Shown here in pieces: positions 9,784 to 19,561 of a stretch of 39,001 nucleotides of DNA (positions are counted from its first letter, which is position 1; each line of letters opens with the position of its first letter). This DNA is from Actinomycetota bacterium (GTDB lineage Bacteria > Actinomycetota > Actinomycetes > Nanopelagicales > Nanopelagicaceae). The position numbers and the translations under genes were made by a program. Under the pieces are notes generated by a model that saw nothing but the letters and a program-made list of their open reading frames with translations, was not told where the DNA came from and did no database searches. Location: assembly GCA_041192285.1 (NCBI GenBank), contig JBEENC010000001.1, positions 1 through 39,001 of the forward strand, written 5' to 3'.

Positions 9784-10802
9784 TTGAATGCTCCCGCCTT
9801 TCGATTCTTTGTATACAACGCTTTCCATTGATTGAACTCGGTTATATCTGCTGTGAATCTAGTATCACCGGGACTAACTGTAACGAAATACAACCAGTTG
9901 CCGACGGCTGGATTAATTGCAGCCTTAATTGCATCTAATCCGGGGTTTCCGATGGGCCCAGGGGGTAATCCGTACTTTCGATAAGTGTTAAATGGGGATT
10001 TTAGTAGAGTTGATTTCGTACTAAGAAAGATATCTCCACGAATCTTCTGTGCATAATGAATTGTTGAATCCATTTGCAGTGGCATTCCTATTTTCAACCT
10101 ATTTTTGATCACTGCTGACACTTTGGTGAAGTCTTGCAAACCGCCTTCGGCTTGAATGATTGATGCAACAACAATTATTTCTTGCGGCGTTAAATTAGGA
10201 CTATCAGCAAGTCCTAAACTTGCTACCTGTTGTTCGAATCGTTTAATCATCGATTCAAGAGCTTGTTTAGCAGAGATCTCCTTTGTGAAACTGTATTGAG
10301 CTGGAAATAGAACTCCCTCTAGAGAAGTAAATCCTTTAGGCAATTTAACTTCCTTCGCAGCCTTTAAAACATCTACTTGCGCAAAACCGTTTTCTTCTAA
10401 CTCTTTAAAAATTTCTGTATTCCAACCACCCTCAAAGACTTTGATTAAGTTCGGCATTCTGGTCGAATCCAACAATTGCTCTAAGGCCTGCCTCGCCGAG
10501 ATTCTTGAGTTAAGTTGATGAATACCTGGTGCGATCCTTGTTGATCTGGCATCAGAAACTGCCAGCTTAAAAAAACTCTGTGAAGATTCAATTATGCCAA
10601 GGTTAAAAAGTTCTGTTGCAATTTGTGAACCAGTTGAGCCCTCTGCAATTGATACATCTACCAATGCTTCAGATGCCGTGATTGAACGATCGGAGAAATC
10701 ACTAGTCGAGGCACCTGATAATCGATATTCATGAACTAGAAGAGTTATCACTGCCACGGCGAAAAATGCAGCCACAACTCTTAATAGTTCACTCTTTTTC
10801 AT
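9780..10802 (-). CDS. mltG: Endolytic transglycosylase MltG (YceG family)
   Basis: N-terminal TM helix, LEGVLFPAQY, ASIIQAE (catalytic Glu), LQMDST and SPFNTY...GLPPGPIGNPG. Confidence 0.93.
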   Translation of the reverse strand: MKKSELLRVVAAFFAVAVITLLVHEYRLSGASTSDFSDRSITASEALVDVSIAEGSTGSQIATELFNLGIIESSQSFFKLAVSDARSTRIAPGIHQLNSRISARQALEQLLDSTRMPNLIKVFEGGWNTEIFKELEENGFAQVDVLKAAKEVKLPKGFTSLEGVLFPAQYSFTKEISAKQALESMIKRFEQQVASLGLADSPNLTPQEIIVVASIIQAEGGLQDFTKVSAVIKNRLKIGMPLQMDSTIHYAQKIRGDIFLSTKSTLLKSPFNTYRKYGLPPGPIGNPGLDAIKAAINPAVGNWLYFVTVSPGDTRFTADITEFNQWKALYTKNRKAGAFK

Positions 10803-11230
10803 TGAGATTGATTCCTTTTTTCAATCGCTATTGCTTGTTCTAGAATTGCCACTGCTGCCACTTGATCTATAGCAAACTTGCTTTCGCGCGAATTCATACC
10901 TGAATCTTTAAGTTGTCTAGCAGCACTTACCGTTGAAAGTCTTTCATCAATCATCGAGCAAGCGATGGTGGTTCGGGTGGCAACTTCTTCCTTGAAATCT
11001 TCAGCTTTTTGCATTGAAATACTGGATTCACCGGAAAGATGTCTTGGCGATCCAACGTAAATATGGATTGGTTCATACTCAGCAACAAGTGCGATTATTT
11101 GCTCCCACAGATCCGCATCTTTGCTCTTCAAAGTTGTTACAGGAGTTGCAAGAATTGCATCTGGATCACAGACGGCAACGCCTATGCGCACGTCACCATA
11201 ATCAAAGGCCATGCGTCGCCCTCGAAGCAT
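10799..11230 (-). CDS. ruvX: YqgF/RuvX-family nuclease (pre-16S rRNA maturation)
   Basis: AFDYGDVRIGVAVCD, IDERLSTVSA and IDQVAAVAILE. Start set to ATG 11230, just after the alaS stop. Confidence 0.92.
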   Translation of the reverse strand: MLRGRRMAFDYGDVRIGVAVCDPDAILATPVTTLKSKDADLWEQIIALVAEYEPIHIYVGSPRHLSGESSISMQKAEDFKEEVATRTTIACSMIDERLSTVSAARQLKDSGMNSRESKFAIDQVAAVAILEQAIAIEKRNQSQ

Positions 11231-11231
11231 C

Positions 11232-13907
11232 TTATTTTCCAGAAATAGCGTGTTCGATAGTTGCCAGAGCTTTATTAATTTTTGAAACATCAACGCCGCC
11301 GCCTTGAGCAAAATCATCTTTGCCGCCACCGCCACCGCCTAAAACTGCCGAACCAATTTTTACCAAAGCTCCTGCTTTTATTCCGGCTGCTCGCGCTTGA
11401 TCGCTTGTGGCAACTACCAAAATAGGTTTTGAATCCGTAACGCTGATTAGGACGACCACACTGTTTGGTGTCTTGCTACGTAAATCTAAGGCAATAGTCC
11501 GTAGATTCTCACTATTTATTCCATCGGAGATCTGAGCCGAAATTAAAGCGAGAGAACCAATATCTTTCTTACTCTTTAACAACTCTGAACTCTTTGCCAA
11601 AGCAGCATCTGTTCGCAAGGTAGCTAATTCCTTCTCGATATCTTTCATTTTCGAAATTAGATCTGATACGCGCTCTGGTAACTCTTCAGTCCGTGCACCC
11701 TTGATGATCTCTGTCAGAGAACTAAGCAATACATGTTCGCGAGCTAAGAATTTGTATGCATCGACACCAACTAGAGCTTCTACGCGTCTTACTCCAGCGC
11801 CAATAGATGATTCGCTTAGTAATTTAATTAATCCAAGTTGACCAGAACGGGCAACGTGCGTTCCACCACATAATTCTCTGGCCCAATCTCCTACGCTCAC
11901 AACGCGCACTTGATCCCCATATTTTTCACCGAAAAGAGCCATCGCTCCCAGTCTCTTGGCATCGGCTTGGCTCATTACTTCTGCGCTTACTTCAAGATTA
12001 TCTAGGAGCAGAGTGTTTACTCGTGACTCAACATCATTGAGTACGGAATCTGGAACTGCACCCGTAGCAGGAAAATCAAAACGAAAACGTCCTGGTGAGT
12101 TTTCAGAACCTGCCTGTGTTGCAGTTTCGCCGAGAATTTCTCTAAATGCTTTGTGAACCATATGCGTTGCTGTGTGCGCGCGCGAAATAGCACTGCGTCG
12201 TTCAATATCAATCTGCGCTAATACTTGCGTTCCTGCTTCAATGGCACCGCTACGAACGCGTCCGCGGTGCACACTTATTCCAGGAACAGGAGTTTGCACA
12301 TCATCGATTTCGATGACTGCTCCATTTGCCATAGTAAGTAGTCCACCATCTGCTAACTGGCCACCACCTTCTGCGTAAAAGGGCGTCCGATCTAAAATTA
12401 CTTCGATTTCATCGCCAGATTTAGCCGATTGCACTGCAACACCATCGTTTACTAAAGCTTTAATAACAGCTTCGCTCTCTACATGCGTGTATCCAATGAA
12501 AGAAGTAAGACCATGTGAATCCGCAATTGAGCGATAGACACTGACATCTGTGTGGCCACTTTTCTTTGCTTTAGAGTCGGCTTTCGCGCGATCTCGTTGC
12601 TCTTTCATTAAGCGGCGGAACCCATCTTCATCAACTTCAAGTCCTTCTTCGCGAGCCATTTCAAGAGTGAGATCAAATGGGAAACCATAGGTGTCGTGCA
12701 ACTTAAATGCAGCATCACCAGATAGTTTTTTACCTTTGCTCTTTTTAATCGATGCACTTTCAACTTCAAAAATACTTGTTCCACTCTTTAAGGTTTGTAA
12801 GAAGGTATCTTCCTCAGCCTGGGTTACAGCCAAAATTCGGTCACTCTCTGTCTTAAGTTCTGGATACTGCGGTGACATGGCCCCTATTGCAGCCTTTGTT
12901 AATTCATTCATGATCAAATCATCTGAACCCAGCAATCGCATATTACGAATCGTGCGTCGCATCATTCGGCGCAATACATACCCGCGACCTTCATTGCCAG
13001 GAGTAACACCATCGCCAATAAGCATCGCTGAAGTTCGAGCGTGGTCTGCAACTACGCGCAGTGCAATATCTGATTTCTCATTTTTCCCATATTTAACGCC
13101 AGTGAGTTCGGATGCTCGATTAAGAATTTGCGCAGTTGTATCAATTTCATAGATATTTTCAACGCCTTGTAAGAGCGCAGCCATACGCTCTAGACCAAGA
13201 CCTGTATCAATACTCTTTGCAGGAAGTTCACCTAAAATAGGAAAATCGTTTTTACCAGAACCAGCACCACGTTCATTTTGCATGAAAACTAAATTCCATA
13301 CTTCCATATACCGATTCTCATCAGCAATCGGTCCACCTTCGCTGCCGTACTCAGGACCACGGTCGTAATAAATTTCAGAACATGGACCGCACGGTCCGGG
13401 AACTCCCATTGACCAGAAGTTATCGTCCATTCCTCTGCGCTGAATGCGATCTAGCGGCATCCCAATTTTTTTATTCCAAATTTGTACGGCCTCGTCATCA
13501 TCGTGAAAAACAGTGACCCATAACTTAGATTCGGCAAAACCGTAACCACCCTCAGAAATTGGACGAGTCAGCAAATCCCATGCCAGGGCAATTGCACCCT
13601 CTTTGAAATAATCGCCAAAAGAAAAATTGCCACACATTTGGAAAAAAGATGCGTGACGAGTTGTTTTTCCTACTTCATCAATATCTAGAGTTCGAACGCA
13701 TTTTTGAACGGATGTTGCTCTCTTATAGGGCGGAGTTACTTCTCCAAGAAAAAAGGGTTTGAAAGGAACCATTCCAGCATTTACTAACAATAAATTTGGA
13801 TCATCTGCAATCAATGAAGCTGAAGGAACGACCGTGTGAAGTAAACCTTCGCGGTTATCTGATTCGAAGAAGCGCAGCCAGCGCGAACGGATTTCGGCGG
13901 ATTCCAC
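11232..13907 (-). CDS. alaS: Alanine--tRNA ligase
   Basis: [25 protein letters not shown], editing HTATHMVH and ELCGGTH, C-terminal GGGGGGK..AQGGG. Confidence 0.98.
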   Translation of the reverse strand: MESAEIRSRWLRFFESDNREGLLHTVVPSASLIADDPNLLLVNAGMVPFKPFFLGEVTPPYKRATSVQKCVRTLDIDEVGKTTRHASFFQMCGNFSFGDYFKEGAIALAWDLLTRPISEGGYGFAESKLWVTVFHDDDEAVQIWNKKIGMPLDRIQRRGMDDNFWSMGVPGPCGPCSEIYYDRGPEYGSEGGPIADENRYMEVWNLVFMQNERGAGSGKNDFPILGELPAKSIDTGLGLERMAALLQGVENIYEIDTTAQILNRASELTGVKYGKNEKSDIALRVVADHARTSAMLIGDGVTPGNEGRGYVLRRMMRRTIRNMRLLGSDDLIMNELTKAAIGAMSPQYPELKTESDRILAVTQAEEDTFLQTLKSGTSIFEVESASIKKSKGKKLSGDAAFKLHDTYGFPFDLTLEMAREEGLEVDEDGFRRLMKEQRDRAKADSKAKKSGHTDVSVYRSIADSHGLTSFIGYTHVESEAVIKALVNDGVAVQSAKSGDEIEVILDRTPFYAEGGGQLADGGLLTMANGAVIEIDDVQTPVPGISVHRGRVRSGAIEAGTQVLAQIDIERRSAISRAHTATHMVHKAFREILGETATQAGSENSPGRFRFDFPATGAVPDSVLNDVESRVNTLLLDNLEVSAEVMSQADAKRLGAMALFGEKYGDQVRVVSVGDWARELCGGTHVARSGQLGLIKLLSESSIGAGVRRVEALVGVDAYKFLAREHVLLSSLTEIIKGARTEELPERVSDLISKMKDIEKELATLRTDAALAKSSELLKSKKDIGSLALISAQISDGINSENLRTIALDLRSKTPNSVVVLISVTDSKPILVVATSDQARAAGIKAGALVKIGSAVLGGGGGGKDDFAQGGGVDVSKINKALATIEHAISGK

Positions 13908-13916
13908 GTGGGCAGA

Positions 13917-14288
13917 TCACTCAGCCTTCTTCTTCTTCTTTTTCTTAGTACGGACTTTGCCCATTTGCGCAGCCGATACAAGAGCTCCAGCAACTTTTAA
14001 CGCTGGACCACTCTTATCTAGAAAATCAGATGTTGCGCTCGTAATTTTCTCGGAAATATCTTCCACATTTTTTGTCATGCGATTAAAACTTTGCAGTGGT
14101 CCATTTACAAGGGTGACAGTTGTGTGAACTTCCTCAATCAACGGGGTTGCCTCATCAGTAACAGCCTTGAGAGAAGTTTTGGCTTCATCAATAAAACGTC
14201 CCACGCGGATGACTGCATAGCTCACCGCAATTGCGATAACAAGAAGGGATGACGCCGCAATGATTGTTGCAATTCCACCTGGGCCCAT
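13917..14288 (-). CDS. DUF948/YoxC-like membrane-anchored coiled-coil protein
   Basis: N-terminal TM (GGIATIIAASSLLVIAIAV), helical body and basic tail; strong AAGGAGG SD; usual actinobacterial position upstream of alaS. Confidence 0.75.
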   Translation of the reverse strand: MGPGGIATIIAASSLLVIAIAVSYAVIRVGRFIDEAKTSLKAVTDEATPLIEEVHTTVTLVNGPLQSFNRMTKNVEDISEKITSATSDFLDKSGPALKVAGALVSAAQMGKVRTKKKKKKKAE

Positions 14289-14345
14289 GACTTCCTCCTT
14301 GATTTACGAACCTACTTACGAATAAGCCCAGCCTACCCGATTGCC

Positions 14346-16091
14346 TTACTTGGCTCCCTCTTTTGGTGCCCCATCAATTCCACTCTCTTTTCGTTGCGCA
14401 GGAGTAATCGGAGTTGGCGCTCCAGTAAGTGGATCTGCGCCACTGGCTGTTTTTGGAAAAGCGATTACTTCACGAATGGAATCTGAATGAGAAAGCAGTG
14501 CGCACAATCTATCTAATCCCAGAGCAATTCCACCGTGTGGAGGTGGACCATAATTAAAAGCTTCCAGCAAAAAGCCAAATTTACTTACGGCTTCTTCATC
14601 GCTTAATCCAATAACTGTAAACACATCTTTCTGCATTTCACGATCATGTATGCGAATCGAACCGCCACCTAGTTCAGTTCCGTTAAGGACGATGTCATAG
14701 GCATATGCCAATGCACTCGCTGGATCCTTAGCGAATGTCTTAGCAAACTCTGGCTTAGGACCTGTAAATGGATGGTGCACGGCAGTCCAACCACCGCCAT
14801 CAGTTGGTTCAAACATTGGTGCATCCACAATCCAAACAAATTCCCACCGCGTTGCATCGATAAGATTGCAGCGCTTACCAATTTCAAGACGCACTGCTCC
14901 GAGTAAATTCAGTGATGCGGTGCGCTCTCCGGCGGCAAAGAAAATTGCATCTCCCGGCTTAGCGCCAACGTGTGCTGCAATGCCGGATTGTTCGGATTGA
15001 CTTAAATTCTTAGCAACTGGTCCCCCAAGAGATCCATCTGCTGCAACCAAAATATATGCAAGTCCTTTAGCGCCACGTGCTTTTGCCCAGTCTTGCCATG
15101 CATCTAATTCACGACGAGGAGAATCTGCACCCCCTGGCATTAATGCAGCTCCAACATAAGGAGCTTGAAAAACTCTAAAAGTAGTGTCAGCAAAATAACT
15201 AGTGCAGTCAACAAGTTCTAGATCAAAGCGTAAATCTGGTTTATCTGATCCGTATCGAGCCATTGCATCGAGATACGTCATACGAGGAATTGGCAAAGAG
15301 ATCTGGTAGCCAAGAACTTCTTGCCATACCTTCACTAAAATCTTTTCAGCTACTGCCAAAATGTCTTCTTGGTCAATGAAAGACATCTCAATATCTAGTT
15401 GAGTAAATTCTGGTTGGCGATCTGCTCTAAAATCCTCATCGCGGAAACAACGCGCTATTTGGTAATACTTTTCCATTCCGGCAACCATCAACAATTGCTT
15501 AAACAACTGTGGAGATTGAGGCAACGCATACCAACTGCCGGGTTGCAGGCGAACTGGAACTAAGAAATCGCGTGCACCTTCGGGAGTAGAACGAGTGAGA
15601 TACGGAGTTTCGATTTCAAGGAAGGTTTCTTCTTCCATCACTCTACGAATAGTCGACGTAACTTTTGAACGTAAACGCAAATTCGCGGCGGGACCTTCGC
15701 GTCTTAAATCTAAATAACGATACTTCAACCGAACTTCTTCTGAAATTTCTACATCATCACCGCTATCAACAGGAAATGGTAAGGCTGATGCTTCACTTAA
15801 AATTGTTACATCATCGCCCATCACTTCGATGGCACCAGTTGGAAGAGCAGAATTTTCATTTCCTGAAGGTCTGGCAATAACTTCACCAGTGATTTTTAAA
15901 CACCATTCAGCGCGCAGTGCACCTGCAATTTTTTCATCGCGAATAACTACCTGTACCCAACCAGTTGCATCCCGGAAATCAATAAATGCCACACCGCCAT
16001 GATCGCGACGCCTGGCAACCCAGCCAGCAAGAGTCACACTCTGGCCAACATGGGATGCTCGAAGCGTTCCAGCTCCATGTGTGCGCAACAT
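14346..16091 (-). CDS. aspS: Aspartate--tRNA ligase, probably non-discriminating (Asp/Asn)
   Basis: [40 protein letters not shown] and [12 protein letters not shown]. Confidence 0.97.
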   Translation of the reverse strand: MLRTHGAGTLRASHVGQSVTLAGWVARRRDHGGVAFIDFRDATGWVQVVIRDEKIAGALRAEWCLKITGEVIARPSGNENSALPTGAIEVMGDDVTILSEASALPFPVDSGDDVEISEEVRLKYRYLDLRREGPAANLRLRSKVTSTIRRVMEEETFLEIETPYLTRSTPEGARDFLVPVRLQPGSWYALPQSPQLFKQLLMVAGMEKYYQIARCFRDEDFRADRQPEFTQLDIEMSFIDQEDILAVAEKILVKVWQEVLGYQISLPIPRMTYLDAMARYGSDKPDLRFDLELVDCTSYFADTTFRVFQAPYVGAALMPGGADSPRRELDAWQDWAKARGAKGLAYILVAADGSLGGPVAKNLSQSEQSGIAAHVGAKPGDAIFFAAGERTASLNLLGAVRLEIGKRCNLIDATRWEFVWIVDAPMFEPTDGGGWTAVHHPFTGPKPEFAKTFAKDPASALAYAYDIVLNGTELGGGSIRIHDREMQKDVFTVIGLSDEEAVSKFGFLLEAFNYGPPPHGGIALGLDRLCALLSHSDSIREVIAFPKTASGADPLTGAPTPITPAQRKESGIDGAPKEGAK

Positions 16092-16117
16092 TTAACTGCC
16101 TCTTTTTCTAAAGTTAA

Positions 16118-17389
16118 TTATTTACCAGAAACACTTCGAAGATGATTCTGTAAGGAGGTAAGAGTAACCGAAGATGTCTTGCCCGTGCTCATCTGCTTAA
16201 GCTCCACAGTTCCAGTTGAAATTTCGCTATCACCAAGGACTAGTACGTACTCGGCATTACTTTTATCGGCCGCTTTCATTGACCCTTTGAGGGCACGACC
16301 ACCGAAAGAAATTTCGACTCTAAATCCTGCATTTCTCAATTCTTGGGCAACGGTTAATGCCGTACTTTTACTTTCATCTCCCAGAGGAATGATAAATAAA
16401 TCTGAAGTGAACTCTTGATCAAATGAAATACCTTCAGCATCTGCAGCAAGCACACAGCGATCAATACCTAAACCAAAGCCAATACCGGAGAGTTCTTGAC
16501 CACCCAATTGCTCCATAAGCCCGTCATAGCGACCGCCACCGCCAATGCCAGATTGAGCGCCGAGTAATTCATGTACAAATTCAAAAGTTGTTCCGGTGTA
16601 GTAATCCAAACCACGAACCATGCGTGGATTAATAATGTAGTCAACCTTGAGTGCTTTCAGATGCTTCTGAACTTCTTCAAAATCCTTCAGAGAATCTGGC
16701 GATAAGAAATCGAGTAACAAAGGTGCATCCGCCATCTGATCCTTTATCTCATCGCGTTTATCATCAAATAAACGAAGTGGATTGATGCTTGCTCGGGCAC
16801 GAGTGGCTTCATCTAACTTCAATTTTTCGATAAATTTGAGTAATTCGACTCTATGTTTTGCACGTGAGGCAGAATCTCCTAGAGATGTAATTTCTAAGCG
16901 ATATTTTTTTAATCCGATAGCTTTAAATCCAGCATCTGCAATTGCGATAACTTCTGCATCTAATGCAGCATCTTGGATACCAATTGCTTCGATGCCTACT
17001 TGGTAAAATTGACGATACCTGCCTGCTTGTGGACGTTCTGCGCGAAAGAATGGACCACTGTAATAAAGTTTCACCGGAAGTTGGCCGCGGTCTAGACCAT
17101 GTTCGATAACAGCGCGCATTACGCCGGCTGTTCCCTCTGGACGTAAAGTTATTGAACGCCCACCACGATCTTCAAAGGTGTACATCTCTTTTGAGACGAC
17201 ATCAGTTGATTCGCCAACTCCACGAGTAAATAACTCTGTATCTTCAAAAACTGGTAATTCGATTAATTCATACCCTGCACTCTTCGCCGGCTCAAGTAAA
17301 GCGTGACGAACTGATTCAAATTTTCTAGATTGTGGTGGTGCATATTCGCTGACACCTTTAGGTGCTTGAATTTGATTTGCTTTACTCAT
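16118..17389 (-). CDS. hisS: Histidine--tRNA ligase
   Basis: [28 protein letters not shown] and GGGGRYDGL. Confidence 0.97.
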   Translation of the reverse strand: MSKANQIQAPKGVSEYAPPQSRKFESVRHALLEPAKSAGYELIELPVFEDTELFTRGVGESTDVVSKEMYTFEDRGGRSITLRPEGTAGVMRAVIEHGLDRGQLPVKLYYSGPFFRAERPQAGRYRQFYQVGIEAIGIQDAALDAEVIAIADAGFKAIGLKKYRLEITSLGDSASRAKHRVELLKFIEKLKLDEATRARASINPLRLFDDKRDEIKDQMADAPLLLDFLSPDSLKDFEEVQKHLKALKVDYIINPRMVRGLDYYTGTTFEFVHELLGAQSGIGGGGRYDGLMEQLGGQELSGIGFGLGIDRCVLAADAEGISFDQEFTSDLFIIPLGDESKSTALTVAQELRNAGFRVEISFGGRALKGSMKAADKSNAEYVLVLGDSEISTGTVELKQMSTGKTSSVTLTSLQNHLRSVSGK

Positions 17390-18057
17390 CGCCTACCTGA
17401 TTTCTTCGCAGCATCGATCAGATATGGATTAGTTTTTCTTTCGTGAGCAATAGTTGTATCTGGTCCGTGTCCTGGTAGAACTCGAAGGTGATCTGCAAGC
17501 GTCAATACTTTATTAACGAGCGTTTCTTGCATGTCGCTAGCCGAACCAGAAGGTAGGTCAGTACGGCCAATTGCGCCGGCAAACAACACGTCTCCGCTAA
17601 TCAGAACTTCATCATTGACGGTAAACATTAAGGAACCTCGAGTGTGTCCCGGGGAATGGATTGCTCGAAACTTCATTCCTAGCATTTCGAGTTCAGCTCC
17701 ATGTCGTAATTCTCTTACATCACTAGGTTCAACAAAGTTCATTGCGCTTAATGTCGCTAGAAATTCAGCACCATGAGCGCGTTCTGGATGCAAAAGTAGC
17801 GCTCGATCTTCACTGTGGATGTAGGTGGGAATGCCATAAGCATCAGCAACAGGCACTATCGAAAATGTGTGATCTAGGTGTCCGTGAGTGATGATTGTGG
17901 CAACGGCTTTTAGTTTGTGTTCATTTAAAACCATAGACACTGTGTCGGAAACATCAGGCATCCCTGGATCAACGATGACGCATTCACCCCCTGGGGCATC
18001 GGCAATGATCCAACAATTTGTGGCGAACATTGGGGCCGCAAAGGAGGTTACGAACAC
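17386..18057 (-). CDS. MBL-fold metallo-hydrolase (glyoxalase II / YcbL-like)
   Basis: [30 protein letters not shown] and PGHG; upstream of hisS as in other Actinobacteria. Confidence 0.9.
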   Translation of the reverse strand: MFVTSFAAPMFATNCWIIADAPGGECVIVDPGMPDVSDTVSMVLNEHKLKAVATIITHGHLDHTFSIVPVADAYGIPTYIHSEDRALLLHPERAHGAEFLATLSAMNFVEPSDVRELRHGAELEMLGMKFRAIHSPGHTRGSLMFTVNDEVLISGDVLFAGAIGRTDLPSGSASDMQETLVNKVLTLADHLRVLPGHGPDTTIAHERKTNPYLIDAAKKSGRR

Positions 18058-18253
18058 GGGGATTTCCCTTCGGCTACGCCTATTTATGGAGCGAGTTAGG
18101 CGGGAAATTTCGCCGCGCTCATAGGTACAGGGTACCTTTTACCTTCACTAAGCCGCCTGACCAACTCGACCGAAGGATCTGTGACATCAGATTCAAAGTT
18201 TATGAGGTCCAATAGCGAAGATCGAAATCGATTAACGCGCTGAAGGGAAGACC

Positions 18254-19561
18254 ATGTCCGACGTAACTCCAACTCCTCTTTCAATTCCATCATCTGCAGC
18301 CTCTGCACTCATTGGTGATCCTGCAAAATTTGGTTATGTAGCACCAGATGGAACGGTCTTCGTTAAAACTTCAGCAGGTGATACAGCCGTTGGTTCATAT
18401 CCCGGAAAAAGTGAGGAAGAAGCACTAGCTTATTTTGTTAGGAAATTTGAAGCAGTCGCATCAGAAATCGCACTCCTCGCAGCACGCATTACAAGTGGTG
18501 CAATGGTTCCATCCGATGCGATGGCCTCTGTTAAAAAATTACGCGATCAAGTCAAAGAAGTTAATGCCGTGGGCGATCTCGAAGCCCTTGCAAACTCTGT
18601 TGAACAACTTGAACCACTCATCGAAGGCCACCGTGGTGCTTATGAAGCGAAGAAGGCTGCAGCTGAAGCAGAAAAAAGCGCAAAGCGCGCTCAGGTTTTA
18701 GTTGAAAAGGAAAAGATTGTCGTCGAAGCTGAATCACTTGCATTATCTGAAAGCTGGAAAACCACAGGTGATCGACTCAAAGAATTGCTTACTGAGTGGA
18801 AATCAGCGCCGCGTCTGGATAAGAAAACTGATGCAGATTTGTGGAAGCGATTTTCGGCTTCTCGCAACAAATTCGACAAGCGACGCAGAACTCACTTTGC
18901 TAACTTAGAAGCAACGACTTCTGTTGTCACCGATGCTAAAAAGAACTTAGTTTCGCAAGCCGAACAACTGGCTACATCCACTGAATGGGTACCAACTGCT
19001 AAGGCTTTTAAATCTCTCATGGATCAATGGAAGGCCGCCGGTCGTGGCAAGCCATCTGATGATGCAAAACTATGGGCTCGCTTTAAAAAATCTCAGGACC
19101 AATTCTTCCAAGCAAAAAACGCTGACCTAGAAAAGCGCGAAGTAACAATGGGCAGTAACTTGGCAAAACGTGAAGAACTTATTGTTCAAATCGAAGCGCT
19201 GCTTCCTTTGACTGATGTGAAGGCTGCTAAGAATAAGTTTAGAGAACTTGCACGCGCGTGGGAGAAAATCGGAATGACTAAACGCGATAAGCGATCAGCA
19301 CTAGATGCCCGCGTCAGTGCCGTAGAAGAAGCGATCAAATCAGCCGAAGCTGAAATTTGGCGCAAAACAGATCCTGCCGCCAAAGCACGCGCTGCAGAAG
19401 TTGTGGCTCAACTTCAAGGCGCAATCGATAATTACGAGAAGATTGCATCCAAGGCAACAAGTGCTGGAAATGCTAAAAAGGCGACTGAGGCGTTGGAATC
19501 TGCTGCTGCAAGACGTATCTGGCTAGAAGAAGCACAGAAATCTCTGGCTGAATTTAATTAA
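18254..19561 (+). CDS. DUF349-domain helical repeat protein
   Basis: FGYVAPDGTVFV..., ALAYFVRKF, three repeats of the type K..L..EW...G...D..LW.RF; GAAGGGAAG SD; convergent with rel. Confidence 0.85.
   Translation: MSDVTPTPLSIPSSAASALIGDPAKFGYVAPDGTVFVKTSAGDTAVGSYPGKSEEEALAYFVRKFEAVASEIALLAARITSGAMVPSDAMASVKKLRDQVKEVNAVGDLEALANSVEQLEPLIEGHRGAYEAKKAAAEAEKSAKRAQVLVEKEKIVVEAESLALSESWKTTGDRLKELLTEWKSAPRLDKKTDADLWKRFSASRNKFDKRRRTHFANLEATTSVVTDAKKNLVSQAEQLATSTEWVPTAKAFKSLMDQWKAAGRGKPSDDAKLWARFKKSQDQFFQAKNADLEKREVTMGSNLAKREELIVQIEALLPLTDVKAAKNKFRELARAWEKIGMTKRDKRSALDARVSAVEEAIKSAEAEIWRKTDPAAKARAAEVVAQLQGAIDNYEKIASKATSAGNAKKATEALESAAARRIWLEEAQKSLAEFN

Noticed and set aside
10799-11335. Extended N-termini in the ORF track for ruvX (likewise aroC, aroE, pyrR, efp, pgsA and DUF3048)
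   Set aside because: The extensions overlap upstream genes or regulatory elements; shorter starts match family N-termini.
18018-18308. 65-70 aa ORFs spanning the divergent intergenic region
   Set aside because: They overlap flanking gene starts and lack protein-like features. Only the terminal MSAAKFPA segment has promoter geometry, and it is reported separately.
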